DNA of 64,000 bases. Source: Candidatus Nanoarchaeia archaeon. GTDB lineage: Archaea; Nanobdellota; Nanobdellia; SCGC-AAA011-G17; GW2011-AR18. The notes under the pieces are model-generated. The model was not told the origin of the DNA and made no database searches. It was given only the letters and a program-made list of their open reading frames with translations. How positions within the stretch are numbered: the first letter of the stretch is position 1; every line of letters begins with the position of its first letter. The DNA lies in NCBI GenBank assembly GCA_035288845.1, contig DATDZB010000001.1, positions 9,092-73,091 on the forward strand. Direction: 5' to 3'. Made by a program: the position numbers and the translations under genes. Shown here one piece after another: positions 1 through 10,138 of the stretch.

Positions 1-581
1 CACCTTTAATTGAAAGTTCAATGGAAGTACTTTTAGAAAGTTCAAAAAAAGGACCAAAAATAGTTTCTCAATCATTAATAAGTATTTCAACATATGTAGA
101 AAGAATACACAAAGTAGCAGAACGTCTTAAAGATTTACTTGCAGAAATAATTTCTTCAATGAAATCCCAAATTTCATTTTTAACACCAACAATAGCAGGA
201 ATTGTAGTTGGTATATCTTCGATGATTGTAAATATAATTGTCTCTTTAAATCTAAGAATTAATGATTTTACTTTAGAAGCTGGTGGTTCACCAGCTGATT
301 CAGCAGGAGCTTTAACAAATATTGGAGATTTATTCAAACTAAGTGGAATAATTCCCAATTATTGGTTCCAAGTTGTTGTAGGTCTATATGTTGTTCAATT
401 AGCATATATACTGACAGTATTACAAAATGGAATTGAAAATGGGAATGATAAAATAAATGAACGTTATTTACTTGGAAAAAATATTACAAGAAGTTTCTTA
501 ATTTATGTTGTAATAGCTTTAGTTGTAACTGTTTTATTTAATCTTATGGTAAAAAACTTATTATCTGGTGCACTGGGTTAA
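1..581 (+). CDS. TadC/type II secretion system F-family membrane platform protein, C-terminal part (5' truncated by window)
   Basis: Frame is open from the window start (PLIESSMEV...); three hydrophobic helices; RLKDLL..SSMKSQ..FL.P.IAGIV pattern; heads a pilin-like gene cluster. Confidence 0.65.
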   Translation, partial: PLIESSMEVLLESSKKGPKIVSQSLISISTYVERIHKVAERLKDLLAEIISSMKSQISFLTPTIAGIVVGISSMIVNIIVSLNLRINDFTLEAGGSPADSAGALTNIGDLFKLSGIIPNYWFQVVVGLYVVQLAYILTVLQNGIENGNDKINERYLLGKNITRSFLIYVVIALVVTVLFNLMVKNLLSGALG

Positions 582-630
582 ACTTGAAGTCTTAGTAAAC
601 CTTATAAATTTATTACTCTAATTTTAATAA

Positions 631-2184
631 ATGGCGCAAAAGAAAAAAGTTCAAAATAATGGAAAAAGTAAACCATATGTACTTGCACTTATAGTTTTCT
701 TAGTTTTAATAGCAATTATTGTAGCATCTAGTTTTTTTAATAAAATAATGCCGCTTCAAGATGAAAATGAAACAAATAATACTCAAGTAAATTTAAATCA
801 AACCCAATCAAGAAACACTTCTACAAATACAAGTCAGCAACCAAGACAAATAGATATTTCAACTGGTCCTAGTAGTGGTTCAGGAAGCTCAGGTAGAAGC
901 TCTAGTGGGGGGTCAAGTAGTGGAGGAAGCAGTTCTACTGCTACTAGTTCAGCACCACAACCAGTGCAGCAATCAGAGATTATAACAATAAGACGTAATT
1001 TTGATGATGAAGATACTCAAATTATAACTGGAAGTTCATCAAATAATATTTATCAATTTGTAGTAAATACACCAGACAGATTAACATTCACACAAATGTA
1101 CTTTAACTTAAAATTTGAAAATTATGTGGATGATGCAGCTATGTATGCTTTTAGGAATGCAAAATTAGATGTACAAAAACTAAATCAAGGAAATTGGCAA
1201 ACAGTAATGACAACAACACTTACCAATTATGTAAGGAGCGATATTTATCCAATTTATTTTAGTTCAAATATGCCTATAGAAATTCAAAATGGAGATCAAT
1301 TTCGTTTAGTTATATCAAATGTACCTTGCGAATTAGATTCACCACCAAATTCCAATTCGATTTCTCTAAGCATGTTAGATTTTAGAAATAGAACAACAAT
1401 GAATTTTATAACTAGCAGAAATATAACTTTTTTAGAACCAGAAATTTCAACAGACATTCAAGACTGTACTTTAGCTTACAACCCAGTAGGAGAAGCTTTA
1501 TGGTTAAGATTTGAAGAACCAGGTGGAACTTTACATGATTCAAGCGGTAAACAAAATCATGCTTTTGATCCTTTCGGAATAACTTATAGAACTGAAGGTC
1601 GTATAGATAGATGGGGAATTTATTTTACAGGTACAGATAATTATGTTCAAATGGATACTTCTACCTCTTTAGACTTTTCTGATCCAATAACTATTGAAAT
1701 GTTTATTTATCCAAAGAAATTAAATGCATGGCAAGGATTAATTGGTGAAGGAAATGGTATCGATAATTATAATTTGCTTGTAGCGCTTACTCCAAATAAT
1801 AAAATAGGTTTCTATACAGAACAAGGAAATTTATGGTATGAAGGTTCAACAACAATACTCTTAGCTCAATGGAAACATCTTGTAGTTACAGTAGGAAATT
1901 GTAATGTTGTAAACAATATACATACAGATTGCGATGTAAGAGTTTTCCTAAATGGTGTAGAAGAAACACTTACTGGTTTAAATGGGGCAAATATAAGTCC
2001 AGGACCAACGGATGTAAATTTAGGAGCACCAATGGCACAATCTTCAAAAGTATTAGGATCATGGCCAGGAAGTTTACCAAGATTATATCCTTACAAAGGA
2101 ATAATGGACAATGTAGTAATTTATCCAAGGGCTTTAACACCAAATGAAATAGCATTAAAGTATAACAGTTATGGTTTTAATTAA
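631..2184 (+). CDS. Membrane-anchored surface protein with Ser/Gly linker and C-terminal LamG (concanavalin-like) domain
   Basis: N-terminal TM helix; SSGGSSSGG low-complexity linker; LamG motifs (ITIEMFIYP, WKHLVVT, FLNG, YKGIMDNVVIYPRALT..EI). Confidence 0.85.
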   Translation: MAQKKKVQNNGKSKPYVLALIVFLVLIAIIVASSFFNKIMPLQDENETNNTQVNLNQTQSRNTSTNTSQQPRQIDISTGPSSGSGSSGRSSSGGSSSGGSSSTATSSAPQPVQQSEIITIRRNFDDEDTQIITGSSSNNIYQFVVNTPDRLTFTQMYFNLKFENYVDDAAMYAFRNAKLDVQKLNQGNWQTVMTTTLTNYVRSDIYPIYFSSNMPIEIQNGDQFRLVISNVPCELDSPPNSNSISLSMLDFRNRTTMNFITSRNITFLEPEISTDIQDCTLAYNPVGEALWLRFEEPGGTLHDSSGKQNHAFDPFGITYRTEGRIDRWGIYFTGTDNYVQMDTSTSLDFSDPITIEMFIYPKKLNAWQGLIGEGNGIDNYNLLVALTPNNKIGFYTEQGNLWYEGSTTILLAQWKHLVVTVGNCNVVNNIHTDCDVRVFLNGVEETLTGLNGANISPGPTDVNLGAPMAQSSKVLGSWPGSLPRLYPYKGIMDNVVIYPRALTPNEIALKYNSYGFN

Positions 2185-2222
2185 CACACTAAATTTATAA
2201 ATTAAACAAATTCTATTATATT

Positions 2223-2348
2223 ATGGAAAAAAGAGGATTTGAAGATCTCGAAAATCAGACTTTATTTATTCTAATTTTTGCTGCAATAATAATTGGATTG
2301 ATTATTATATTTATGCTAACTAAAATTTCTGGAGGAATTTTTAAATGA
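2223..2348 (+). CDS. Mini pilin-like peptide (41 aa) with class III signal peptide; absent from ORF track
   Basis: MEKRG|FEDLENQTLFILIFAAIIIGLIIIFMLTKISGGIFK*; ATGA overlap with next gene. Confidence 0.75.
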   Translation: MEKRGFEDLENQTLFILIFAAIIIGLIIIFMLTKISGGIFK

Positions 2349-3562
2349 CTGTGAATAAAAAAGCAGAATTTCAAACAGTCTTAACTGGTTTAATTATATT
2401 TGCAATAATTGTGGGAATAACTTTTTTTATATTTAGGGCAACATCAGATGCTTTTACTAAACAGTCAAATGCCCAAGCAATTAGGTCTTGGGTAAATTTA
2501 AAAACTGCAACAGCAGGAACAGAAATAGCTTTTTCAGATAGTTCAAGTAGACCACCAGTAATTGATCTAGATAAACCTTTAGAAGTAGTTGAAGAAGATC
2601 TTTACTCAAAAGGAAAAGATCCGCCAAAAGCATTCAAAGAAATAGGAGATTCAATGGTAGATTGTTGGTATGCTTTTGAAAGTGGTGAAAAGGATTTTAT
2701 GAATTCAGTAGAGAAAGAAAAATTTTGTTTTTCATGCAGAATAATTAAATTTGAGGATGATATTAAAAAAGATAAAATAGCTCTTAAAGATTTTAATAAA
2801 TTTCTTTATACAAATAGTCCAGGAACAAATAACAAAGGAGAAAGACAAACTTACATGCAAATACTAAATAATGATCCAGAATTAAAACCAGAACCTAGCG
2901 ATCTTGAAAATGATGTAATATTAATTGATGATGATTTTAAAATTATATTTTTTGCAGCATCTGGTAGAGGAATAGTAAATATTGTTTCTAATCTATTAAT
3001 ACAAGAAAATTTAATTCCAGAAGAAGATAAAACAGGTTTTACAACAGAAAAAGGAATATCTAAATTTGATCCAGATAAAACTCTAGAACCAATTGATGAT
3101 GTTGAAGGCTTATCAGCTAGTGAAAAAGCTGAATTAGGTGCAGCTGCATCTGGTGTTGGTGTAGCAAATAAATATTTATTACCCAAACTTGCAGAAGAAA
3201 TATCTCAAGAAGCTGGAAAAGAAACAGCTGCACAAACAGAAAAAATAACAACTAAAAAAGCAATTGAAAAAGTAACAGTAGAAATAGGCAAAACTGGAGC
3301 TCCTGAAAAAATTATTTTTGAAGCTAGTGAAGAAGTAACTGAAAAAGCAGTTGCTCAAAAAGCAATCAAAAAAGCAATTGGAAAAATAATTGCTAAAAAA
3401 GGAGCAGCTATAGGTTTAAAATTTGTATCAAAAGCAGCAGGATGGCCTTTAGCAGTTGCAGGTGCAAGTTATGGTTTGTACGAAGTAGTTAAAGGAAAAA
3501 AACCATTTGTAGCACAAATAATGTTAATAGATTCAGATAAGGTAAATGAAATATGCAATTAA
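2345..3562 (+). CDS. Class III signal peptide protein (pilin-like N-terminus) with Gly/Ala-rich C-terminal hydrophobic segment
   Basis: NKKA|EF then hydrophobic helix; MVDCW...CFSC motif. Confidence 0.75.
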   Translation: MTVNKKAEFQTVLTGLIIFAIIVGITFFIFRATSDAFTKQSNAQAIRSWVNLKTATAGTEIAFSDSSSRPPVIDLDKPLEVVEEDLYSKGKDPPKAFKEIGDSMVDCWYAFESGEKDFMNSVEKEKFCFSCRIIKFEDDIKKDKIALKDFNKFLYTNSPGTNNKGERQTYMQILNNDPELKPEPSDLENDVILIDDDFKIIFFAASGRGIVNIVSNLLIQENLIPEEDKTGFTTEKGISKFDPDKTLEPIDDVEGLSASEKAELGAAASGVGVANKYLLPKLAEEISQEAGKETAAQTEKITTKKAIEKVTVEIGKTGAPEKIIFEASEEVTEKAVAQKAIKKAIGKIIAKKGAAIGLKFVSKAAGWPLAVAGASYGLYEVVKGKKPFVAQIMLIDSDKVNEICN

Positions 3563-3717
3563 AAAATAAAAAAGGAGATATAGAATTTGATACAATAATA
3601 AAACTAATTGTAGCAGTAATATGTTTACTAATTGCAATAAGTTTAATATATTTTTTCAAAGATAAATCTCTTGCAATAATAGATTCAATAAAAGATATTT
3701 TGAGGTTTGGTAAATAA
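3553..3717 (+). CDS. Mini pilin-like protein (54 aa) with class III signal peptide; absent from ORF track
   Basis: MQLKNKKG|DIEFDTIIKLIVAVICLLIAISLIYFFKDKSLAIIDSIKDILRFGK*; overlaps upstream stop, TAATG coupling downstream. Confidence 0.8.
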   Translation: MQLKNKKGDIEFDTIIKLIVAVICLLIAISLIYFFKDKSLAIIDSIKDILRFGK

Positions 3718-4799
3718 TGGCAGACATTTCTATGCCAAAAATGGGAGTTTTTATTTTAGGAATTATAGTTCTAGTTTTAATAATATCAATTTTAATAACA
3801 ACAGGAAATCCAACAATAAAATCATTTAAGAATTCAATAAATAAGCTAATTGGTATTGAAGATAAAGAAAAGAATAATCCAGAAACTGAAACAAACAAAG
3901 TTCCTGCTCATTTCTTAGAATTAGTAAAAAGTTACAAAGAATGTAAATATTCTCCAGATTCAAATTGTTATTGTAAATTATCTTACTCACCAACAACTCC
4001 AAACTCAATAATAGAATTTGAAAGTAATGGAAATAATCTAAACATAAATTTACACACAAACAATCTAATAGATTATAATTCAGTAACAAACAAAGGAGCT
4101 AGTTTACAATCTATACCAAATAAAGAATCTGTAACTTATGAAGAACAAGTAGCAAATCAAATTTTATATTTCAAAAATACTTATTTTTCTCCATCAATTT
4201 CAAACTCACAATTTAATTTAAATGAATTTACTCTAGCACAAAAACAGTATTTAACAAATAATGAGCTATATTCAACAAAAGATGTAAATGGAAAAGATGT
4301 AATAACTTTAAGCGGCGGTTTAGCAATTTATAGGTTTGATCAAGAAAAATCAGCTTTATTTTCGTTTTCAGATGTAAATGGGTTAAAAAAATGTAATTCT
4401 TATCCGCAAATAAATGAAGCAATAGCTGAATTAGAAAGGTTAAGTAATCAAATTAATTCATGCAAAACTCAACAAATTAATTGTGAATATATTCCAAAAT
4501 TACCAAAAGATTATGTAATCTCTATTGAAAATAAAGAATTAGTATTAAAATTCAGAGACAGAGTTTTACAAACTAACAAACCATTTACAGAAAAATTATG
4601 TTTATTCGATGGTTTAGAAGATTCAAAACCAGAAGATGGAAACACATTTTATATATTAAACTTTAATGATCCTATAAAAATGCAAATTTTTTCATTTAAA
4701 GACACGACTTGTTTTTTACCTTTTGATCAAGATCTAATTGAATTAGAAAAATCAAGTCAGCAACGAAGTGTAATAGCAAGATCAATAATAGATAGCTAA
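3717..4799 (+). CDS. Membrane-anchored Cys-containing exported protein in pilin cluster
   Basis: N-terminal TM helix; C-x6-CYC motif; translationally coupled. Confidence 0.7.
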   Translation: MADISMPKMGVFILGIIVLVLIISILITTGNPTIKSFKNSINKLIGIEDKEKNNPETETNKVPAHFLELVKSYKECKYSPDSNCYCKLSYSPTTPNSIIEFESNGNNLNINLHTNNLIDYNSVTNKGASLQSIPNKESVTYEEQVANQILYFKNTYFSPSISNSQFNLNEFTLAQKQYLTNNELYSTKDVNGKDVITLSGGLAIYRFDQEKSALFSFSDVNGLKKCNSYPQINEAIAELERLSNQINSCKTQQINCEYIPKLPKDYVISIENKELVLKFRDRVLQTNKPFTEKLCLFDGLEDSKPEDGNTFYILNFNDPIKMQIFSFKDTTCFLPFDQDLIELEKSSQQRSVIARSIIDS

Positions 4800-4839
4800 C
4801 CAAAAAGTTTAAATAGAAAACATACAGGTTAAGTAAAAG

Positions 4840-5268
4840 ATGCTAAAAATAAATAAAAGAGGACAAGGTTTACCTATGAATGTTATTGTAATAGCAATCA
4901 TAGTTCTAGTTGTTTTAGTGATTTTAATTGCTTTCTTTGCTGGTGGGTTTTCATCCATTGTGGGCAAAATAAGAGATTTATTTGGCGGAACAGTTCAAGG
5001 TCAAGTAATTGATAACACAATACAAACCTGCGAAACATTCTGTGATTCAGCTAAAGCAACAGCTGTAAATTCGCAAAGAAATACTGCTTTTTGTACAAGA
5101 TCTTTCTTAGTAGATCAGGATGGTAATGCAGACACGCCGCCAAGAATAATGAAATGTGGTTCTACATCAAGGGGAAGAGCTCCAACAATACAAGAACAAG
5201 AAAGAGGAATTGAAGATGGCGGAGATTTAGGTGTTACATGCCCAGGTGTATCCTGTGGCGCAGCTTAA
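4840..5268 (+). CDS. Type IV pilin-like protein (candidate major pilin)
   Basis: NKRG|QGLPMNVIVIAIIVLVVLVILIAFF; paired Cys; AT-rich TATA-like element upstream. Confidence 0.85.
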   Translation: MLKINKRGQGLPMNVIVIAIIVLVVLVILIAFFAGGFSSIVGKIRDLFGGTVQGQVIDNTIQTCETFCDSAKATAVNSQRNTAFCTRSFLVDQDGNADTPPRIMKCGSTSRGRAPTIQEQERGIEDGGDLGVTCPGVSCGAA

Positions 5269-5269
5269 T

Positions 5270-5446
5270 ATGAATAAAAAAGCATCTTCTTTATCTTTAG
5301 AAACAATTATTATTGCCATTATTGTTTTAGTTGTAATTATTATGGTTGCTTATTTTGTTTTAAAACAAGGCGGATTACTTGCAACTATTATTGGAGATCA
5401 AGCAAATAACTCAGTTGCTTTAATTCCAGAAAACCCATTACCATAA
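5270..5446 (+). CDS. Small type IV pilin-like protein
   Basis: MNKKA|SSLSLETIIIAIIVLVVIIM; start revised to ATG 5270. Confidence 0.8.
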   Translation: MNKKASSLSLETIIIAIIVLVVIIMVAYFVLKQGGLLATIIGDQANNSVALIPENPLP

Positions 5447-5477
5447 GAAATAAATACTCTCATTCTATTATTTAACT

Positions 5478-6473
5478 ATGAAAAATAAAAGAGGGCAAGG
5501 TTATGCTGGTTACATTTTATTGTCTTTAATTATTGGTGCCTTCGCTGTATTTTTAGTTATAACTGCTCTTTCAACTACTTCAGATTTAATCCCAGGAACA
5601 GATGTAAAATGTTCAAATTCTAAATATTGGTCTGAAGAAAGAGGTCTTCATGATTTATTAGAAAATTTAGATAATAATAAAGAAACATCAGAAAGTTTTC
5701 TTTTCATCAATAATGACTGTAAATTAGTAAGTTTTACATTAAATCAAGGTTTCGGAAATATTTTATTATCAACTGAACAACCACGAGAACCTCTGCTTTG
5801 TTTATGTAAAATAGAACGTGAATCTTCTTCAGAAGCAGTTTGTGAACCAAATTATTGTTATAAGTTTAAAAACTTTGATTCTATAAACAATGAACAATTT
5901 TCAACTGAAGATCTAAAAGATTATGTTTCATTAAAATTTATTAAAGAGGGAAAAACATTAAGAATAATTTCAGCTGGAGATGAAAAACAAGCACAGCCAC
6001 TAATTTATTCTAAATCAGATCAAACAAAGTACTTAGATGAAACTGGTTTAATTAATCGTTTAGTTATAATTTTTAATACAAAACAAATAACATCTTATCT
6101 TCCTATTGTAAAATTAAAAGAAAGTGGTTTTTTAATTCCGCAAGAGATTACAAATAAAGAAGGATTTACACAATTATTTGATTTAAAATTAAGTTATTCC
6201 AAATTACCGGGACAAACTAATGAAGATTATTTAATTAATGCTAAAGAAATAGATCCAAATGCAGTTAAAGCAGCATTAATAGAAATCAACTTAGAAAAAT
6301 CTAAATTAAATGGTTTAAACAAAGACAAAATTGTATTATACTATAAAGTAAATAATAAATGGGCTTATTCAAAATTAACTTGTGAAGAAGCAAGCACCAA
6401 GTTCCTATGTAAAACGTCATTAACTGGTTTTTCAAATCAATTTGCAATAAGCACAATTGAAGAAGTTGCATAA
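5478..6473 (+). CDS. Class III signal peptide protein with Cys-rich domain and possible PGF-pre-PGF-like C-terminal domain
   Basis: NKRG|QG plus hydrophobic helix; C-terminal IVLYYK..KW...GFS.FAI. Confidence 0.7.
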   Translation: MKNKRGQGYAGYILLSLIIGAFAVFLVITALSTTSDLIPGTDVKCSNSKYWSEERGLHDLLENLDNNKETSESFLFINNDCKLVSFTLNQGFGNILLSTEQPREPLLCLCKIERESSSEAVCEPNYCYKFKNFDSINNEQFSTEDLKDYVSLKFIKEGKTLRIISAGDEKQAQPLIYSKSDQTKYLDETGLINRLVIIFNTKQITSYLPIVKLKESGFLIPQEITNKEGFTQLFDLKLSYSKLPGQTNEDYLINAKEIDPNAVKAALIEINLEKSKLNGLNKDKIVLYYKVNNKWAYSKLTCEEASTKFLCKTSLTGFSNQFAISTIEEVA

Positions 6474-6474
6474 A

Positions 6475-6831
6475 ATGAATAAAAAAGCATCTATGGAATT
6501 CTTGGCAGAAAAACTTGTAGATTTAGTTATGTTAGTAATTGTAATCGTAGTTTTCTTATCAGTAATAACTTCAATAAAAGGAAATGAAGTTCATGATCTA
6601 AATGTTGAATCAAGAGATTTAGCTTTTGTAAAAGATGCTATAACAATGACAAATCACAAAATAGATTATAATTATAAAACAAGAGAAAATGTTGAAATTG
6701 AAATAAATGAAAATGATTGTGTGATTAAAACTAGTAATAAACAAGGAGAAGCAAGTCCGAAATCTTTCTATTGTATAAACAACCAATTATCTAATAAAGA
6801 AAAAATTAATCTAAAGGTTAAAAATGAATAA
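6475..6831 (+). CDS. Class III signal peptide (pilin-like) protein
   Basis: MNKKA|SMEFL plus hydrophobic helix; start revised to ATG 6475. Confidence 0.75.
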   Translation: MNKKASMEFLAEKLVDLVMLVIVIVVFLSVITSIKGNEVHDLNVESRDLAFVKDAITMTNHKIDYNYKTRENVEIEINENDCVIKTSNKQGEASPKSFYCINNQLSNKEKINLKVKNE

Positions 6832-7303
6832 AAAAGGAATATTTGATATTTTAGAAAGAGGAATTTATATGACTTTTATAATTATCGTAGCAGTTTTCAT
6901 AGCAGCAGTTGCTTTATCTTATATTTCTGAAGAAATAAAAACTGAAAATATTGAGACTTATTTAATATTAAAAGGCCTGGTTAATTCTGAATCATGCTTA
7001 GCTTATAACGATGGAACAAGAATTCATCAAAATATTATTGATCTAAACAAATTAACTTCTAATAGACTAAGTTCTTGCCTTTCTAAAACAGATACAGGAT
7101 ATTTAATAACTTTAACAAACTTAAATGGAAACCTTGTAAAATCAGAAAGCAATTTAGACGTAAGACAAAAGGCATATCTTCCTATTTGTAAAAGTATCAA
7201 AGGATTTATTTGCACTAAAAAATCAACTTTAATAAATTATTATGAAAACAATCAAATTAAAACAGTAATTATGAATTTAGAGGTGATAAAACTTGACAAA
7301 TAA
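6824..7303 (+). CDS. Class III signal peptide (pilin-like) protein
   Basis: MNKKG|IF plus TM helix; SESCLAY motif. Confidence 0.75.
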   Translation: MNKKGIFDILERGIYMTFIIIVAVFIAAVALSYISEEIKTENIETYLILKGLVNSESCLAYNDGTRIHQNIIDLNKLTSNRLSSCLSKTDTGYLITLTNLNGNLVKSESNLDVRQKAYLPICKSIKGFICTKKSTLINYYENNQIKTVIMNLEVIKLDK

Positions 7304-7808
7304 AAAAGGAGACTTAGCATTTGGTTTATATTTTTGGCCTACATTCTCACTATTAATAATAACATTAATTATATTTGGAATAATATTTTTTATAGTGGGA
7401 ATTAAATCTGACAAAATAACAATAAACTCTCAAGTTTATGAAGATAGTTCGAAAATAATTACAGTCTCTAAATCACCAACAAATGTAATAATTAATGAAA
7501 AAAATTTATCCATCTCAGAATTAATATCTTTAGCACATAAAGATGAAAGTTATAAAGAAAAATTAAATACCGAATTTACTTATTTAATAAATAAAATTCC
7601 AAAACCAGAAAATAAAAAATCAAATTGGAATGCAAAGATAATTATTGATAATAATGAATTTTTAAAAATAGATCAATCTTCAGTTGGTTCAAGTAATTAT
7701 TTTAATCAAGTAATGATAATCCCTTTAGAAGATAAGAAGATAGCAAAATTAGAACTTTCTTTATCTTGTAGACTATGTAAATTACAAGATTTAGGGGAGT
7801 TTGTATAA
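7293..7808 (+). CDS. Class III signal peptide (pilin-like) protein
   Basis: TTG start after GAGGTGA Shine-Dalgarno; NKKG|DL plus TM helix. Confidence 0.75.
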   Translation: MTNKKGDLAFGLYFWPTFSLLIITLIIFGIIFFIVGIKSDKITINSQVYEDSSKIITVSKSPTNVIINEKNLSISELISLAHKDESYKEKLNTEFTYLINKIPKPENKKSNWNAKIIIDNNEFLKIDQSSVGSSNYFNQVMIIPLEDKKIAKLELSLSCRLCKLQDLGEFV

Positions 7809-8633
7809 ATGAATAAAAAAGGAATATTCTTTCCATTATTTGTTTTTATAACCATTTTCTTATTATTAACTATGCTTTATGTAGTAAATGATGAAGAAAG
7901 TGAAAAAAATGATTTAATTGGATTAAAAGCAGTAAATATAATAAAATTACAAGATGAAACTGAAAAAATCCAATCTTATCTAGATTTATCAACAAAATAT
8001 GCAGCAAATGAAGCTCTAAAAAAACTAGCAGCTAATGGGGGTTATTCAGAAGGAAGGTGTAAAAAAACACAAAAAGATTTAATCAACACAGAAGAATACA
8101 TTATTTTAGAAACTTGTCCAGAACTGAATATAAATAACGAATTTAATTCTCAATTAAAAGAAGAAATAAAACAATATATAAAAATTTATGAAACAAGCTA
8201 TATTGAAGCAGACTTAGAAAAGTATTATGGACTTGGAATTTATGATTATGTCAGTTCATTAACAAAACCAGAAGAATTAACATTTAATAAACAATATACA
8301 GAAAAAGTTAGAGAAACAAATGTTTTAGAAATTAAAGACTCAGTAGTTTATTTTTCAGAAATAGATTTACAAATAGAAAACACAACAGATTCATTTATCA
8401 AATTAAGTCCAAAAATAAAACTGCAAAAACAAAATTTTGAAATTTACAATGAATTATATCTGGAAATAAAAGAAAACTGTTTGCAAAAAGAAACAACGAA
8501 ATGTGAAGGTTCTTTGAAAATAGAATTCCCAGAAATAACAATAGAAGTTGAGAATGAATTAGTAAAAATAAATTTACCTTCTAAACTAGGCAAAATAAGG
8601 TTAGCTTTTAAAGAGTATAAAAAACCAAGTTAG
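7809..8633 (+). CDS. Class III signal peptide (pilin-like) protein
   Basis: MNKKG|IFF plus TM helix; LAANGG motif. Confidence 0.75.
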   Translation: MNKKGIFFPLFVFITIFLLLTMLYVVNDEESEKNDLIGLKAVNIIKLQDETEKIQSYLDLSTKYAANEALKKLAANGGYSEGRCKKTQKDLINTEEYIILETCPELNINNEFNSQLKEEIKQYIKIYETSYIEADLEKYYGLGIYDYVSSLTKPEELTFNKQYTEKVRETNVLEIKDSVVYFSEIDLQIENTTDSFIKLSPKIKLQKQNFEIYNELYLEIKENCLQKETTKCEGSLKIEFPEITIEVENELVKINLPSKLGKIRLAFKEYKKPS

Positions 8634-8687
8634 TAATATAGTTTAAAACACAAAAAAGCTTTTATAGCCTAATAAAGTAAGAGTATT

Positions 8688-9656
8688 ATGATTCTAGACT
8701 ACGACACAATATTAAGTAAAATAATAGATACTAGTGGTCTTTCTAGAGAAGATATTGAAAAAAAGATCAAACAAAAACAATCAGACTTACAAGATTTAAT
8801 ATCTAGGGAAGGAGCAGCCCACATTATTGCAAATGAATTAGGAGTAAAGCTCTTTGACGGAACTACTAAAACATTAAAAATAAATCAAGTTCAAGTTGGA
8901 TTAAATTCTGTTACTTTACTGGGAAAAGTAATGAATATCTATGAAATTAAAAGTTTTGAAAAAAATGGAAGAAAAGGTAGAATTGGATCTATGCTTCTCG
9001 GTGATGAAACTGGAGCAATAAGAATAGTTATTTGGGATGAAAAATTAATAGATCTAATAAAAGAAATAAAACAAGAAGACACATTAAAACTTTCTAATGC
9101 TTATTCAAAGCAAAATGCTAATGGTTTTAAAGAATTACATTTAGGAAGTAAATCGCAAATAATAATTAATCCTGAAAATGAATTAATAAAAGAAGTAAGA
9201 ACAAATACTACGACATTTACACCTGCTGAAAAAAAGAAAATAAGAGATTTAAATGCACCAGGATTCGCAGAAGTATTTGGTACAATAGTTCAAGTATTTG
9301 AACCTAAACATTACAATTCATGTCCTGTTTGTAGTAAAAAAGTAATGCCAATAGGAGATAAATTTACTTGTCAAGACCATGGCGAAGTAAAAAGTAAAAA
9401 AGTTCCAATATTAAATATTTATTTTGATGATGGAACTGGAAATATAAGGGCAGTTCTTTTTAGAGAACATGCAGAAAATATTCTTAATAATAAAGTTCAA
9501 TTAGATGAGATAAAAAAAGAGTGTTTGGGAAAGCAATTAATTTTAAAAGGAAAAATAACTAAAAATGAAATGTTTAATAGAATGGAATTGGTTGTTAATG
9601 GATTAGAACAGCCAGATCCAGAAAAGATAATTGCTGAATTGCAAAATGATGTATAA
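8688..9656 (+). CDS. rpa: Replication protein A (archaeal SSB; OB folds plus zinc finger)
   Basis: LISREGAAHIIANELG; GDETG and DDGTG OB-fold motifs; CPVC...CQDH zinc site. Confidence 0.9.
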   Translation: MILDYDTILSKIIDTSGLSREDIEKKIKQKQSDLQDLISREGAAHIIANELGVKLFDGTTKTLKINQVQVGLNSVTLLGKVMNIYEIKSFEKNGRKGRIGSMLLGDETGAIRIVIWDEKLIDLIKEIKQEDTLKLSNAYSKQNANGFKELHLGSKSQIIINPENELIKEVRTNTTTFTPAEKKKIRDLNAPGFAEVFGTIVQVFEPKHYNSCPVCSKKVMPIGDKFTCQDHGEVKSKKVPILNIYFDDGTGNIRAVLFREHAENILNNKVQLDEIKKECLGKQLILKGKITKNEMFNRMELVVNGLEQPDPEKIIAELQNDV

Positions 9657-10116
9657 AACCCATTTAGCTTTAGGTTTTTTAATTGGTATTTTAACTAGTG
9701 AGTTTTTAGGTGGTTCACATCCGATAATTTATATTATTTTAGTAACATTTTTTAGTTCTCTTCCAGATATAGATCATCCTAAAAGTAAAATAGGAAGAAA
9801 ATTTCCATTTATTTCTTGGCCAATAAATCTTATTTTTAGCCATAGGGGTTTCTTTCATTCAGTATTTCCTCCAATAATTTTACTTATAGTTTTTAAGTAC
9901 TTCAATTTAGACATAATTGCTTATCCTATTGCAGTAGGTTATATTGCACATCTACTAGGTGACACTATAACAAAAGAAGGAATAACTTTCTTCCATCCAG
10001 TGTCAAAATTTAGATTACGTGGTCCAATGAGAACTGGAAGATTCTTAGAACATATAATTATGGGCCTTATTTTAGTAGTAGATGTTATATTAATATTAAA
10101 ACTATTAAATTTTTAA
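9646..10116 (+). CDS. YdjM-like membrane-bound metal-dependent hydrolase
   Basis: TH...LPDIDH...HRGFFHS...HLLGD motifs. Confidence 0.85.
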   Translation: MMYKTHLALGFLIGILTSEFLGGSHPIIYIILVTFFSSLPDIDHPKSKIGRKFPFISWPINLIFSHRGFFHSVFPPIILLIVFKYFNLDIIAYPIAVGYIAHLLGDTITKEGITFFHPVSKFRLRGPMRTGRFLEHIIMGLILVVDVILILKLLNF

Positions 10117-10138
10117 ATAGTAGTTTTTTCTCAGTTTA

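Noticed and set aside
860..955. AGT/GGT-rich repeat-like stretch
   Set aside because: Encodes a Ser/Gly linker; not a CRISPR or DNA repeat element
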